From positions 1 through 62,428 of the forward strand of contig DULM01000128.1 of the NCBI GenBank assembly GCA_012840405.1: 62,428 nucleotides of DNA, written 5' to 3'. The position numbers and the translations under genes were made by a program. Shown here piece after piece: positions 1-9,011 of this stretch; position 1 is the stretch's first letter, and every line of letters begins with the position of its first letter. Origin of the DNA: Syntrophomonadaceae bacterium (lineage in GTDB: Bacteria > Bacillota > DSM-12270 > Thermacetogeniales > Thermacetogeniaceae). The notes under the pieces are model-generated. The model had not been told where the DNA came from. It saw only the letters and a list, made by a program, of their open reading frames with translations, and did no database searches.

Positions 1-230
1 CCCAAACTTAAAGCATCCCGGTAGAGTGTTTCTGGGAACTGTTCAAAGGTTATGATCAGCCCGGTGTCACCATAATCTTTGATCCCCCGGTAGATGAACT
101 CCACACCCAGGGTGGTCTTCCCTGCCCCAGGCATCCCCTCAACCAGAACAGTGCTGCCTTCAAGGATCCCACCATCAAATAGGCTATCAAAACCTTTGAT
201 CCCTGTGCAGATTTTCGCCAAATCAGCCAT
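1..230 (-). CDS. KaiC/RadA-like P-loop ATPase, N-terminal fragment (gene runs off the left edge)
   Basis: Not in the ORF track because there is no stop in the window. Reverse-strand ATG at 230-228 reads MADLAKICTGIKGFDSLFDGGILEGSTVLVEGMPGAGKTTLGVEFIYRG. Walker A GxxGxGKT follows the TGI-x-G-[FL]D-x-L motif typical of KaiC/RadA-type ATPases. An in-frame TGA 15 nt upstream fixes the start. Confidence 0.6.
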   Translation of the reverse strand, partial: MADLAKICTGIKGFDSLFDGGILEGSTVLVEGMPGAGKTTLGVEFIYRGIKDYGDTGLIITFEQFPETLYRDALSL

Positions 231-480
231 CCCTTTCCACGATCATCTAAAATTGGCATATTCGACAATAGTTCTAAAAACCCTTCCAGGGAAGACATAT
301 TATATTAATTTTGGGGTCAAAAGGAGAGAGTTCCTGTTTAGGGAAATGCTCTATTGATCGGTCTTTTCTTGCCGCTTGCACAAAGGACCAGAACCACCCG
401 TCGGGGCGGTCATACTGATCGATCTGGTAATCTGATTTTTATTGTTTCCATACTCAGACAATAATAACATTATCTGACAT

Positions 481-640
481 TAGAACTCTGTTCTCTTTTC
501 CGGCTTGTCAACCTCCGGCCTGTGACCTCTAACATCTTTTCCGACTTCCGACCTCCGACCTATTTTCCGACCTCTGACCTCCAGCCTCCGACCTCCGGCC
601 TCCGACCTATTTTCCGACCTCTGACTTCCGGCCTCCGACC
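481..640. repeat. Low-complexity C/T-rich intergenic repeat block (CCGACCTC-type units) with an internal 47-bp tandem duplication
   Basis: Runs of CCGAC(C/T)TC, CCGGCCTC and CTGACCTC units. TCCGACCTATTTTCCGACCTCTGAC(C/T)TCC occurs twice (554-582 and 601-629). Related blocks lie at 10.1, 11.9 and 21.5 kb. Confidence 0.8.
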
Positions 641-641
641 T

Positions 642-1112
642 CTAATAATGGTAGGGTTCATTGTTGAGGATGCGCAGTGCCCGGTACAACTGCTCCAACA
701 CAATTATCCGGGCCAGTTGATGGGGGAAAGTAAGGCGGGATAAGGAAAGGATATAATCAGCATGACGCAGAACAGAATCAGGCAGACCCAGGGTACCCCC
801 AAGAAAAAAGGCAAGATCACCCCTTCCGGAATTAAACTGCTCACCCATCCAGGAAGCCAATTCCTCAGAAGAAAGGGCCTTACCACGGGGGTCCACAGCA
901 ACAGCAAAACAGCCAGGTGCTTTTTTCAACAGCCTCTCACCCTGGCGTTCTTTTACAGACAGGCGATCCTTTTCCCCCCGAGGAATGGGGTCATCAGCAA
1001 CCTCCTGGATAGTGACCCGAGCATACCTGCTCAGCCTTTTGCAGTACTCCTCCTGGGCAGCGAGATAAAAGGGTTCTTTCATCTGCCCGACAGCAATGAT
1101 GAAAAAGTGCAT
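642..1112 (-). CDS. rlmH: 23S rRNA (pseudouridine1915-N3)-methyltransferase RlmH (SPOUT)
   Basis: MHFFIIAVGQMKEPFYLAAQEEYCKRL...FFLGGTLGLPDSVL...LSLSRLTFPHQLARIIVLEQLYRA is the typical RlmH/YbeA layout. ATG at 1112 is preferred over the TTG at 1124 used by the track. Confidence 0.85.
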   Translation of the reverse strand: MHFFIIAVGQMKEPFYLAAQEEYCKRLSRYARVTIQEVADDPIPRGEKDRLSVKERQGERLLKKAPGCFAVAVDPRGKALSSEELASWMGEQFNSGRGDLAFFLGGTLGLPDSVLRHADYILSLSRLTFPHQLARIIVLEQLYRALRILNNEPYHY

Positions 1113-1129
1113 CTTCAACACCAAATCCT

Positions 1130-1768
1130 TTATTTGGTTAAATGATGAATATCTATCCCCTGATTGAATTCAGGCACACCAGGTTCCTGCACAGTAACCA
1201 CCTGAATGGTTATTTCCTCTTGTAAACCTAAAGATCCCTTGATCTCATCAAGAAACTTCTTAGTCACCGGACGGGAGGGATGGGCAAAAAGCAGCTGTCC
1301 CCCTTCTGCTAGGTTGTGCTCCAGAATAGCGGCAACATAGGGGTTTAAGCTGGGATTGTACAGCACATCAGAGCCGATAATCCAATCAAATTTCTTTTCA
1401 CATCGGAAATCACGCCAGTCAGCAAGCAGGTAATCAGCATGCTGGATCCCATTGCGCTGCACATTCCTGGCGATCATATCCAGGGATTCCTTTTTGTAAT
1501 CAGAAAAAGTAACCACACCGCCCTTTAAGGCAGCAACCAGGCCAGGTAACCCGAGGCCGGCTCCTAGTTCCAGGACGGTGGCACCCTGAAAATCGATTCT
1601 CTCCCAAATATACTGGGCGAGCCCCCTGGCGGCAGGCCAGAGTTCTGCCCAATAGGGGATCTGATCATCATCCTCCGGGTCCGTGACCAGATCCTCCACA
1701 TTGGCAACGATCTCAAGGGAAAGGTCCAAGCCCGGCAAGTGAAAGCCAATTTCTCTGGTAGTTATCAT
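1130..1768 (-). CDS. Class I SAM-dependent methyltransferase (Methyltransf_16 / protein-lysine MTase-like)
   Basis: SAM motif I VLELGAGLGLPGLVAA, then FSDY and IIGSDVLY (post-I and motif IV style) as in METTL21/FAM86-like enzymes. Confidence 0.65.
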   Translation of the reverse strand: MITTREIGFHLPGLDLSLEIVANVEDLVTDPEDDDQIPYWAELWPAARGLAQYIWERIDFQGATVLELGAGLGLPGLVAALKGGVVTFSDYKKESLDMIARNVQRNGIQHADYLLADWRDFRCEKKFDWIIGSDVLYNPSLNPYVAAILEHNLAEGGQLLFAHPSRPVTKKFLDEIKGSLGLQEEITIQVVTVQEPGVPEFNQGIDIHHLTK

Positions 1769-1849
1769 ATAGCCTCCCTATAAGCTCAAAACAATGCTTA
1801 AATTCTAAACTAATTTCCCATCCCTGAGCACTGCCCACAAACGGAATCC

Positions 1850-2374
1850 CTATACATAAACAACAAGCAGCGCGCAGAGAACACCACAAAGGACACCACA
1901 GGTGGCCTCAAGAGGTGTATGCCCCATCCTTTCCCCTAAAAGGGGGAAATGCCTGGATTTTTCCCGCAGCAATTCTCCGAGGACGCGGGAATGCTCCCCT
2001 ACCATTCTCCTCAGAGTAAAAGAATCATAAATAACTATACCACCCAGTACTGCGCTGATCTGAAAGAGAGAAGAACTCCAGCCATACTCCAGACCAACTG
2101 CGGTGGTGAGAGCAGCAGCAACTGCTGAATGTGAACTGGGCATTCCTCCGCACTGAAACAACTTACGCCAGCAGATTCCCTTCCCTTTGATGGTAAAAGG
2201 TTTCATCCCCTGGGTACAAACCACACTGAGCAAACTGGATAAGATAAAACGGTCACTGGAAAGGAGCGGCAGAAAACGCAACCCTCCCCACAGCAATAAG
2301 CCCGTTACTGCCACCAGATAAAACAAGCGTCTTCTGGCCAGTCCCGCAATGATGGACATAACGGTTCCGGTCAT
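1850..2374 (-). CDS. Divergent PAP2 family membrane protein (YuiD/DUF212-like)
   Basis: Polytopic membrane protein with the GGMPSSHSA signature of the acid phosphatase/vanadium haloperoxidase-related family. The exact start is uncertain. Confidence 0.65.
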   Translation of the reverse strand: MTGTVMSIIAGLARRRLFYLVAVTGLLLWGGLRFLPLLSSDRFILSSLLSVVCTQGMKPFTIKGKGICWRKLFQCGGMPSSHSAVAAALTTAVGLEYGWSSSLFQISAVLGGIVIYDSFTLRRMVGEHSRVLGELLREKSRHFPLLGERMGHTPLEATCGVLCGVLCALLVVYV

Positions 2375-2402
2375 CTCCTAGTTCATCCTTCCCTTTATAA
2401 AA

Positions 2403-3740
2403 TCAGGAACTGGCGCGTTCGGTCTGATCATTGCCTTGGTCTTCTTCATAACCTGTAAGGCTTGCACAAATCCCCAGACCGTCACCTTCTTCAGCCAATG
2501 CCTTGATCTTCGCACCCATAGCGCTGAATTTGCCCACTACTGTTTCATAACCCCTAGTGATCAATTCAGCAGCTGAGATTTCTGTTTCACCCTGAGCAGC
2601 AAAACCTGCCAGCAGCAGGGAGGCCCCTGCCCGCAGATCCGAAGCCTTCACCTGGGCTCCGGAAAGATGATCAACACCTTCTATCACAGCAGAGTGGCCT
2701 TTAACCTGTATTTTGGCACCCATGCGCTTTAGTTCATCTGCCACCTGAAAGCGGTTTTCAAAAACATTTTCCACAATCACACTTGTACCCTTGGCCAAAG
2801 CAAGGAGAACCATCATGGGAGACTGCAGGTCTGTAGGAAAACCAGGATAAGGAAGTGTTTTGATATCGGTGGCGGTCAGATCCCCCACCCGTCTCACTGT
2901 TATCTTGTCCTCATTAGCCTCCACCTCAAGCCCCACATCCTGTAGTTTAGCTATTACCGGCTGCAGGTGCTTAACAATCACATTTTCCACTGTCACTTCT
3001 CCGCCACTCACACCAGCGGCGATCATATAGGTTCCTGCTTCAATGCGGTCTGGTATAACACTGAATCTGGTTCCTTGAAACTCTTGTGTGCCATCTATTC
3101 TGATCACATCTGTGCCGGCCCCGCGCACCTTTACTCCCATAGCATTTAAAAAATTGGCCAAGTCAACTATTTCCGGTTCTTTAGCCGCATTTTCAATGAC
3201 AGTAGTGCCCGGTGCACCGGCTGCTGCCATCATAATATTTTCAGTTGCCCCTACACTGGGAAAGTCCAGGTAGATTGAGCAGCCCTCCACCTTTTTGGGA
3301 ATGGCTTCAATAAAACCATGTTCCAAACTAACATCAAAGCCCAGCATGCTGAGACCTTTGAGGTGCAGATCCATTGGCCGGGACCCGATATTACAGCCAC
3401 CGGGAAGAGGTATCTTAACCCCTCCTCTTTTAGCTGCTAAAGCACCCAAAAACAGATTGGATGCCCGGATTTTTTTTGCCAAGCTGTATGGAATTTCACA
3501 ATTAAGCCGCTCAGGCCATTTTAGACGCAGGGTATTTCTTCCCTCCCAAATAGCCTGACCACCAAGTGTGCGCACAATCTCCAACTGTGTTATTACATCA
3601 GCAATCCTTGGTACATTATCAAGAATAACCTCTCCACTGCTGATAGCACTGGCAGCGATCAGTACCAGTGAAGAGTTCTTTGCTCCACTGATTCGGACCC
3701 TACCCTTAAGCGGTGTGCCGCCCTGAACAACTAATTTCAT
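2403..3740 (-). CDS. murA: UDP-N-acetylglucosamine 1-carboxyvinyltransferase
   Basis: MKLVVQGGTPLKGRVRISGAKNSSL...LPGGCNIGSRPMDLHLKG (active-site Cys loop)...YPGFPTDLQ. Full-length MurA with an acidic C-terminal tail of about 25 aa. Confidence 0.95.
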   Translation of the reverse strand: MKLVVQGGTPLKGRVRISGAKNSSLVLIAASAISSGEVILDNVPRIADVITQLEIVRTLGGQAIWEGRNTLRLKWPERLNCEIPYSLAKKIRASNLFLGALAAKRGGVKIPLPGGCNIGSRPMDLHLKGLSMLGFDVSLEHGFIEAIPKKVEGCSIYLDFPSVGATENIMMAAAGAPGTTVIENAAKEPEIVDLANFLNAMGVKVRGAGTDVIRIDGTQEFQGTRFSVIPDRIEAGTYMIAAGVSGGEVTVENVIVKHLQPVIAKLQDVGLEVEANEDKITVRRVGDLTATDIKTLPYPGFPTDLQSPMMVLLALAKGTSVIVENVFENRFQVADELKRMGAKIQVKGHSAVIEGVDHLSGAQVKASDLRAGASLLLAGFAAQGETEISAAELITRGYETVVGKFSAMGAKIKALAEEGDGLGICASLTGYEEDQGNDQTERASS

Positions 3741-3901
3741 AATCTTTCCCCCAATATAGTAGTGAAGTCTTGTATGATAACAGATTCCAATTCAACAGCA
3801 AAACTTTCGCAAAATAACACCTTTTCTCGTACCTTATTCTATTAAGAGATAAATATTCCTCTCTTTCCTTAAAAACTATTTTAAAGCATAAATTACATTT
3901 T

Positions 3902-4735
3902 TTATACATTTTGTTTAATTTTGCTCTGATATTGTTCAATAAAAGCATGGGTATCCATCCCATAAACCCTATTGAAAGATAGATTAAGATCAGCACCCCG
4001 GCCCAACTCATTGAGCAGTAGAGGAACTTTATCTGAGCCATAATTACTGATCAGAAACCCCACCAGGTCCTCTGATACCGCATAACAATAGTCCTGCCAC
4101 TGGGAATCGTCAAAGTTCTTGTTCAGTTCGTCAAGGGAGAACTGCAAGGGAAAAGCAACACCCTCCTCTGTTTGGACACCCACCAAGTGCTTCTCCCCGA
4201 ACTGAGCTAATCCCTCAGTCAGCCAGCGGGGGTAGTTGCCACGGGTTTGATAATCCACTAAGAGGTGGATATACTCATGGGCAATAGGGCCCTGCTGAGA
4301 GAATAGCACCTCCCGCTCTCTTGATGGCATTTCATCAAGCCATTCATCTGGAGAAAGAAGCCTAATCACTCCAGACCAGTACACACCCATAGCCCCTTCA
4401 TCACTTCCCCAACCGAAAACCCTGTTTAAAGAAGCCCTGTCTCGATAGATGGCGATCGGGACTTTTTTATCGGGAAAACAATCAAAGTACTGTCCTAAAG
4501 GATAGTAAACCCGTTCCGCTTCATTTAAGGTCAATAATGCGATCTCCTCATCACCCTCTTGGTATTTAACCAAAAAATGGTCACTCTCAACCGTATCCCA
4601 AGCCCTCGTTTCCCAGGCGAATAATAGCTGATGAACAACATGCACCACACCAGATCCCAGAATATAAATAGGGCTGGGTAGTGTGACCAGCAGTAATAAA
4701 CAAAAAATGATCAGGATCGCAGCTAAACGCTCCAT
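3902..4735 (-). CDS. Membrane-anchored peptidase MA-like zinc metalloprotease (Peptidase_MA_2-type)
   Basis: HEYIH (HExxH) followed by RWLTEGLAQF (third-ligand Glu motif). N-terminal TM segment. Start moved to MERLAAIL because AAGGAGGAGG lies 7 nt upstream. Confidence 0.55.
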   Translation of the reverse strand: MERLAAILIIFCLLLLVTLPSPIYILGSGVVHVVHQLLFAWETRAWDTVESDHFLVKYQEGDEEIALLTLNEAERVYYPLGQYFDCFPDKKVPIAIYRDRASLNRVFGWGSDEGAMGVYWSGVIRLLSPDEWLDEMPSREREVLFSQQGPIAHEYIHLLVDYQTRGNYPRWLTEGLAQFGEKHLVGVQTEEGVAFPLQFSLDELNKNFDDSQWQDYCYAVSEDLVGFLISNYGSDKVPLLLNELGRGADLNLSFNRVYGMDTHAFIEQYQSKIKQNV

Positions 4736-4789
4736 CCCCAGTCCTCCTCCTTGATCAATTATACATGAAGGAGGAGGTATTTTAAGATA

Positions 4790-4823
4790 CAAAAAAAGCC
4801 AGCCCTCTTTTATAGCTGGCTTT
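4790..4823 (-). terminator. Rho-independent terminator after the TPR gene
   Basis: Minus strand reads AAAGCCAGC-TATAAAAGAGG-GCTGGCTTTTTTT. Confidence 0.55.
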
Positions 4824-4836
4824 CTCTAATCACTCT

Positions 4837-5490
4837 CTAATTCTTCTTTTTTATCTCTTCAATCCGAGCTTTGGCAAACTTCCTGGTAAGTTCTTCAACA
4901 TCATCTGAAGATGCCACCTGCTCCCAAATCTCCAGCGCGCCCTTCCAGTCCTCCTTAGCCTCTAAGAGCATACCCAACTGGGTCAAAGCCTTTATATTCC
5001 CGGGGCTCTGGTCTAAAACCATCTCCAGTTGTGCCTGCGCATTTTCATAATCCTCCATATACTGGTAAACACTGGACAACTCCAGGCGCAGTTCTGGGTC
5101 CTCCTGCTGCTCCAGAACCTGCTGGTAAAACCCCACTGCCCGCTGGAATGCCTCCCTTCCCTTCTCTTTATTGTCATTTTGCAGATAAAGGGCTCCCAGA
5201 GTCAGTTCCACCCTGGCAGAACCAGTCAGAACAGCGAGATCATCAGGGTCACTAGCCCGCAACCCTTCATACTGCTTCCTTAACTCCTCCTGCTTTTTCA
5301 ACTCAAGGGAAAGGAGATCCTCTTTCTCTGTTTCTGTTGAAGAAGTAGAACTATCAGATGGTTTTATTTTCCCTGCATCATCTAAATACCAGGCCACAGT
5401 TGTGCCTAAAAGCCCCACTACAATCATTGCTACCAGGACCCAAAGCCCTATTTTTACAATAGGGCGCTGTTTGCGCAACGCGGACACCAT
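4837..5490 (-). CDS. TPR-repeat protein with N-terminal membrane anchor
   Basis: TM segment IGLWVLVAMIVVGLLGTTVAWYL, then TPR-like A/Y/L periodicity (ALYLQNDNKEKGREAFQRAVGFYQQVLE...). GGGAGG RBS lies upstream of the MVSALRK start. Confidence 0.55.
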   Translation of the reverse strand: MVSALRKQRPIVKIGLWVLVAMIVVGLLGTTVAWYLDDAGKIKPSDSSTSSTETEKEDLLSLELKKQEELRKQYEGLRASDPDDLAVLTGSARVELTLGALYLQNDNKEKGREAFQRAVGFYQQVLEQQEDPELRLELSSVYQYMEDYENAQAQLEMVLDQSPGNIKALTQLGMLLEAKEDWKGALEIWEQVASSDDVEELTRKFAKARIEEIKKKN

Positions 5491-5587
5491 AATCGCCTCC
5501 CAGGTTAAAGTGCAAACAAGCATGTCGATCTTAAGCATTATAACATAAAAAACCCGGGCATGAGCGGCAAGGTGCTGCTGAAAAATG

Positions 5588-7144
5588 TTAGCGCAGATAG
5601 TTTAACGGGTTTCTTTGGGAACCATTTACCAAAACCTCAAAGTGTAGATGAGGCCCTGTAGCCCTACCGGTTGAGCCAACCCGACCGATTATCTGTCCAC
5701 TGCTCACACTCTGGCCACTGCTCACATTAATCTGAGAAAGGTGGGCATAGCGTGTAACCAATCCACCACCATGATCAATGGTCACCATATAGCCGTAATT
5801 CCCATACCATCCGGCTGATGTAACACGCCCGCTTGCGGCTGCTCCTACCGCAGCACCATGATTTGCTCCGATATCGAGCCCTGTATGGAACCCACTTCCC
5901 CGGTATCCATAGCGGGAGGTGATCACCCCACCTACAGGCCAGCGCAGTGTACCACCCCCGGAGCCCCCGCTGGACCCCCTGCTGGCCAGCATGGTACGGG
6001 TGCCTTTGGCCACAACCTTTGCCTCAGGTTTTTTTACAACAGTGCGCTCAATTTCCTGTTTTTTCACTATCCTGCTGTTCTCCCGCACAATACGGTAAAC
6101 AACCCTGGCTTCCCCGTTTTTCCCCTCTTGAACAACCTTGGTTTTACCGCTGTCAAGATTGGAATCATATTTTGTTTTGGTTTCATAGGGAAGTACCTCA
6201 TTGGTAACCAGATTGCTGGTGATCACCACTTTGAGCAGTGGTTCAAATGCAATTAGCTTTATCTCCTGGCCCGGTTTCAAATTCTCTGCTGTGAGATGTG
6301 CATTAGCCTGCAGCAGTTCATCAACCTGCAGGTTGTGTTTTGCCGCAATATCCCAGAGGGTATCCCCTTCCTGCACAGTATAGCTCTTCTCTTTCAGTCC
6401 CCCTCCCAGCAGCAACTGAAGGGCATCACTAAGGGGTACTATCTCCTCAACTGCTACCTGCTTATTCCGGAAAGTGATCTTCCCCTCAAAGCGGACAGAT
6501 TCGATGGTTTCTTTGTTTTCATCTGGGATAATAGCATTTTGATAGCGTTCAAGGAGTTCTTCCCCCACTTCTTGAGAGGCCAATACCACTATAGGCTGAT
6601 CATCTATACACAGTTCCACACCATCAGCAGTCCAGGGAAGTTGTTTGAGGATGGTCTCATAATAGTCTGCAGGCTTTACCTCACTTCTAGGTACCATACA
6701 CATCTTAAATTGAACAGACTCATCTAAAAAAACATCCTGACCGATGGCCTCTTCCAATTTCTGCTCAAAACTGGCCAGGACCTTTTCTGCCTCCTGCTGG
6801 GAGGCTACAACAGCTATTCTCTGTCCGTTGTAGTATGCAGCACAAGCCAGTTGATTTTTTTGTAGATATAGATTACTGCCCACCAGTACCATTCCGGTAA
6901 TAACTGCAGTAATCAGATAGGGGCTTTTCCAAAAATTTCGATCCGGCTTCCACCGGCCGGTTCGCAGATTATCCAACAGACAGCAAAAAGCATCTCTGCC
7001 CTTTCCCAGATCGCTTTTTATCCAGTTGATACGCTCAATCCACCATGGCCCAAGCTTGTGGATCGATTCAGAGACAAACTCTCGGTAGTCAGTAAGTTGG
7101 CGCGATGAAAATAATACTTTTTTCTCCCTTTCTTTATTATCCAC
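5588..7144 (-). CDS. Peptidoglycan DD-metalloendopeptidase (LysM + G5-like + M23 domains)
   Basis: LysM: YTVQEGDTLWDIAAKHNLQVDELLQAN. M23: HTGLDIGANHGAAVGAAASGRV...HLHFEV. GTG start has an AAGGGGAG RBS. Confidence 0.85.
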   Translation of the reverse strand: MDNKEREKKVLFSSRQLTDYREFVSESIHKLGPWWIERINWIKSDLGKGRDAFCCLLDNLRTGRWKPDRNFWKSPYLITAVITGMVLVGSNLYLQKNQLACAAYYNGQRIAVVASQQEAEKVLASFEQKLEEAIGQDVFLDESVQFKMCMVPRSEVKPADYYETILKQLPWTADGVELCIDDQPIVVLASQEVGEELLERYQNAIIPDENKETIESVRFEGKITFRNKQVAVEEIVPLSDALQLLLGGGLKEKSYTVQEGDTLWDIAAKHNLQVDELLQANAHLTAENLKPGQEIKLIAFEPLLKVVITSNLVTNEVLPYETKTKYDSNLDSGKTKVVQEGKNGEARVVYRIVRENSRIVKKQEIERTVVKKPEAKVVAKGTRTMLASRGSSGGSGGGTLRWPVGGVITSRYGYRGSGFHTGLDIGANHGAAVGAAASGRVTSAGWYGNYGYMVTIDHGGGLVTRYAHLSQINVSSGQSVSSGQIIGRVGSTGRATGPHLHFEVLVNGSQRNPLNYLR

Positions 7145-7291
7145 GGTTTCTCCCCTTGCTGTGAGCTGTTTTACACCTCAGCAACTGTCTCTAATCTAAT
7201 GTTGCTTCTAGGTGTGCTCTCTTTTTATAAATACATATAATGTTCTACAGCCATTATATAATTCCTTCATCAAAATGTTATAATTGGATCG

Positions 7292-7327
7292 AAAAAAGCA
7301 GCCCCCTCGGGCTGCTTTTCTTTTTTT
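7292..7327 (-). terminator. Rho-independent (bidirectional) terminator closing the SCIFF operon
   Basis: GCAGCCC-cctc-GGGCTGC stem flanked by an A-run and a T-run, 13 nt after the maturase stop. Confidence 0.65.
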
Positions 7328-7339
7328 CCACATTTTATA

Positions 7340-8722
7340 TTAAACAGTTTCAACAGTGTTTTCCTTGAGCGCCAGATAATAAAGCGCTCCATTAAGGCGT
7401 GCCTGCATCACAGCACAAGCCAATGGCGCAGGGCGCTCAAGACTTCTCCCTTGTGCTATAGCCTGGGCATGGCACCCACCACCGCATAAGAACCGTGCCC
7501 AGCAGGAGGAGCATTCCTTTTTGCGGAAAATATGTGACTCCCGAAATTTTTCCTGCAGTTCAGCTGCGGTAATGCCCTGCTCCACATCACCCAACAAATA
7601 CTCTCTGTTACCTACCAATTGATGACAGGGGTACAAGTCTCCAGCAGGAGTAACCGCTAGATAGTGGTAACCTGCACCACATCCGGTCAAACGCTTGGCA
7701 GCACAAGGCCCCCCTGTCAGATCAAGGTTGTAATGGTAAAAGTCCACACCACACCCTTTCCGATTCAGTTCACACAAAACCCGGGCCAATCTATAGTACT
7801 CCTCTTGCAGTTCCGGGATATCCTCCTCTTTCAGGGCATAAGGCATCTGCTCGGGTGCTACAACCGGTTCCATTGAAATGCTCTTTGCACCAAGGGATGC
7901 CAGGTAAAGAACATCATTGGTAAAATCCAGGTTGTCTCTGGTGAATGTTCCCCTGATATAGTACTCATCAGCTGCCCCTCTCTCCAGGAACTCCTTGATC
8001 CGCCTGGTAACCACTGCAGAACTACCCTGGCCACCAGTTGTGACCCGGTATAAATCATGGACTTGAGGCCTGCCATCACAACTCAAAACAAAACTGAAGT
8101 TATGTTCCTTAAAAAAGGAAAGCTCCTCTTCCCCCAGCAAAAGGGTGTTGGTGCTCACTGTAAACTTCCACTTTTTCTCCTTACCCTGCTTCAGAGCGTA
8201 GTCAACCGCAAATTTGATCCCCTCAAAATTGAGCAGGGGTTCCCCTCCAAAAAAATCCACTGTGAGGTACTCATAAGGTGTATTTTCCAGCAAAAAATCC
8301 AGAGCCTTTTTGATGGTTTCCCTGGACATAATCTGCTCCTCACAGCGAATAGCTTCTGGTACAAAACAGTACCTACAAGCCAAATTGCAGTTGTGGGCTA
8401 TGTTCAAACAAAGAGCCTTAATCCCCAGTTCCTTGCCAGGAACGAATTCCGGCCATAGCTCACCTGAGGAAAAGAGCACCCCTTCACTGATCAATTCCTG
8501 CAGTTCATTAAAGGCTTCTTCAACTTCCTCCTGATCAAGCCTGCCCATTCTTTCTCTTGCCTGTTCCCAGTCACCACAGTCCAGGTAGTGCAGCAGCAAC
8601 TGCCAGGCGATCTCATCAACAGTGTAGAGAGAACCGCTGTTAACATCAAAAACAATATTTAAGCCGTCGGCTTGGATCAGGTGAACTCGAGAGATGAGAT
8701 CAGTTATTTGTTGAGGCTGCAA
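7340..8722 (-). CDS. Radical SAM/SPASM thioether-forming maturase for the SCIFF peptide
   Basis: CNLACRYC (CX3CX2C), GGEPLL, and a C-terminal Cys-rich SPASM region (CGAGYHY..., CSSCWARFLCGGGCH). N-terminus LNIVFDVNSGSLYTVDE is typical of SCIFF maturases. Lies directly downstream of the SCIFF ORF. Start codon uncertain (TTG at 8722 overlaps the peptide gene). Confidence 0.85.
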   Translation of the reverse strand: MQPQQITDLISRVHLIQADGLNIVFDVNSGSLYTVDEIAWQLLLHYLDCGDWEQARERMGRLDQEEVEEAFNELQELISEGVLFSSGELWPEFVPGKELGIKALCLNIAHNCNLACRYCFVPEAIRCEEQIMSRETIKKALDFLLENTPYEYLTVDFFGGEPLLNFEGIKFAVDYALKQGKEKKWKFTVSTNTLLLGEEELSFFKEHNFSFVLSCDGRPQVHDLYRVTTGGQGSSAVVTRRIKEFLERGAADEYYIRGTFTRDNLDFTNDVLYLASLGAKSISMEPVVAPEQMPYALKEEDIPELQEEYYRLARVLCELNRKGCGVDFYHYNLDLTGGPCAAKRLTGCGAGYHYLAVTPAGDLYPCHQLVGNREYLLGDVEQGITAAELQEKFRESHIFRKKECSSCWARFLCGGGCHAQAIAQGRSLERPAPLACAVMQARLNGALYYLALKENTVETV

Positions 8723-8853
8723 GCTTGATTCCCCACAGTACAGGATGTTTTACAGGCAGACTGACAGGAAACCTGGCATTCCCCACAACCTTTCTTTAAG
8801 TGAGGTTTTCTCAAAGTCCCTTTCACCACAGTTTTAATATGTTTTTCCTTCAT
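8704..8853 (-). CDS. SCIFF (six-cysteines-in-forty-five) ribosomal peptide precursor
   Basis: Hand-translated and absent from the track: MKEKHIKTVVKGTLRKPHLKKGCGECQVSCQSACKTSCTVGNQACSLNK. Six Cys fall in the C-terminal 27 residues. GGGAGG RBS lies 8 nt upstream. Confidence 0.85.
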   Translation of the reverse strand: MKEKHIKTVVKGTLRKPHLKKGCGECQVSCQSACKTSCTVGNQACSLNK

Positions 8854-9011
8854 TTCTCCAACCTCCCAAAGTTTATTAGATAATATGACTTCCCGCTAAG
8901 ATATAATACCACTCAGCAACCTTCAAAACATAACCGAAAAAGAATATTAAGTCCTGATTTAATATTTTATACCTGCACTGAGCCCATGTAAACCGATATA
9001 TCGGATCTTCC

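Noticed and set aside
56-298. 80-aa minus-strand ORF from the track at the left edge
   Set aside because: A different frame on the same strand encodes an obvious KaiC/RadA-like Walker A N-terminus (MADLAKICTGIKGFD...GMPGAGKTT) starting at 230. The track ORF has no recognisable features and overlaps it.
481-640. Possible CRISPR array
   Set aside because: The units are 8-9 nt, degenerate and contiguous, with no 25-40-nt unique spacers, and no cas genes are nearby. It is classed as a low-complexity repeat instead.
2403-2480. C-terminal extension of about 25 aa on MurA as a possible fused domain
   Set aside because: It is a short acidic low-complexity tail with no recognisable motif, probably just a late stop codon.
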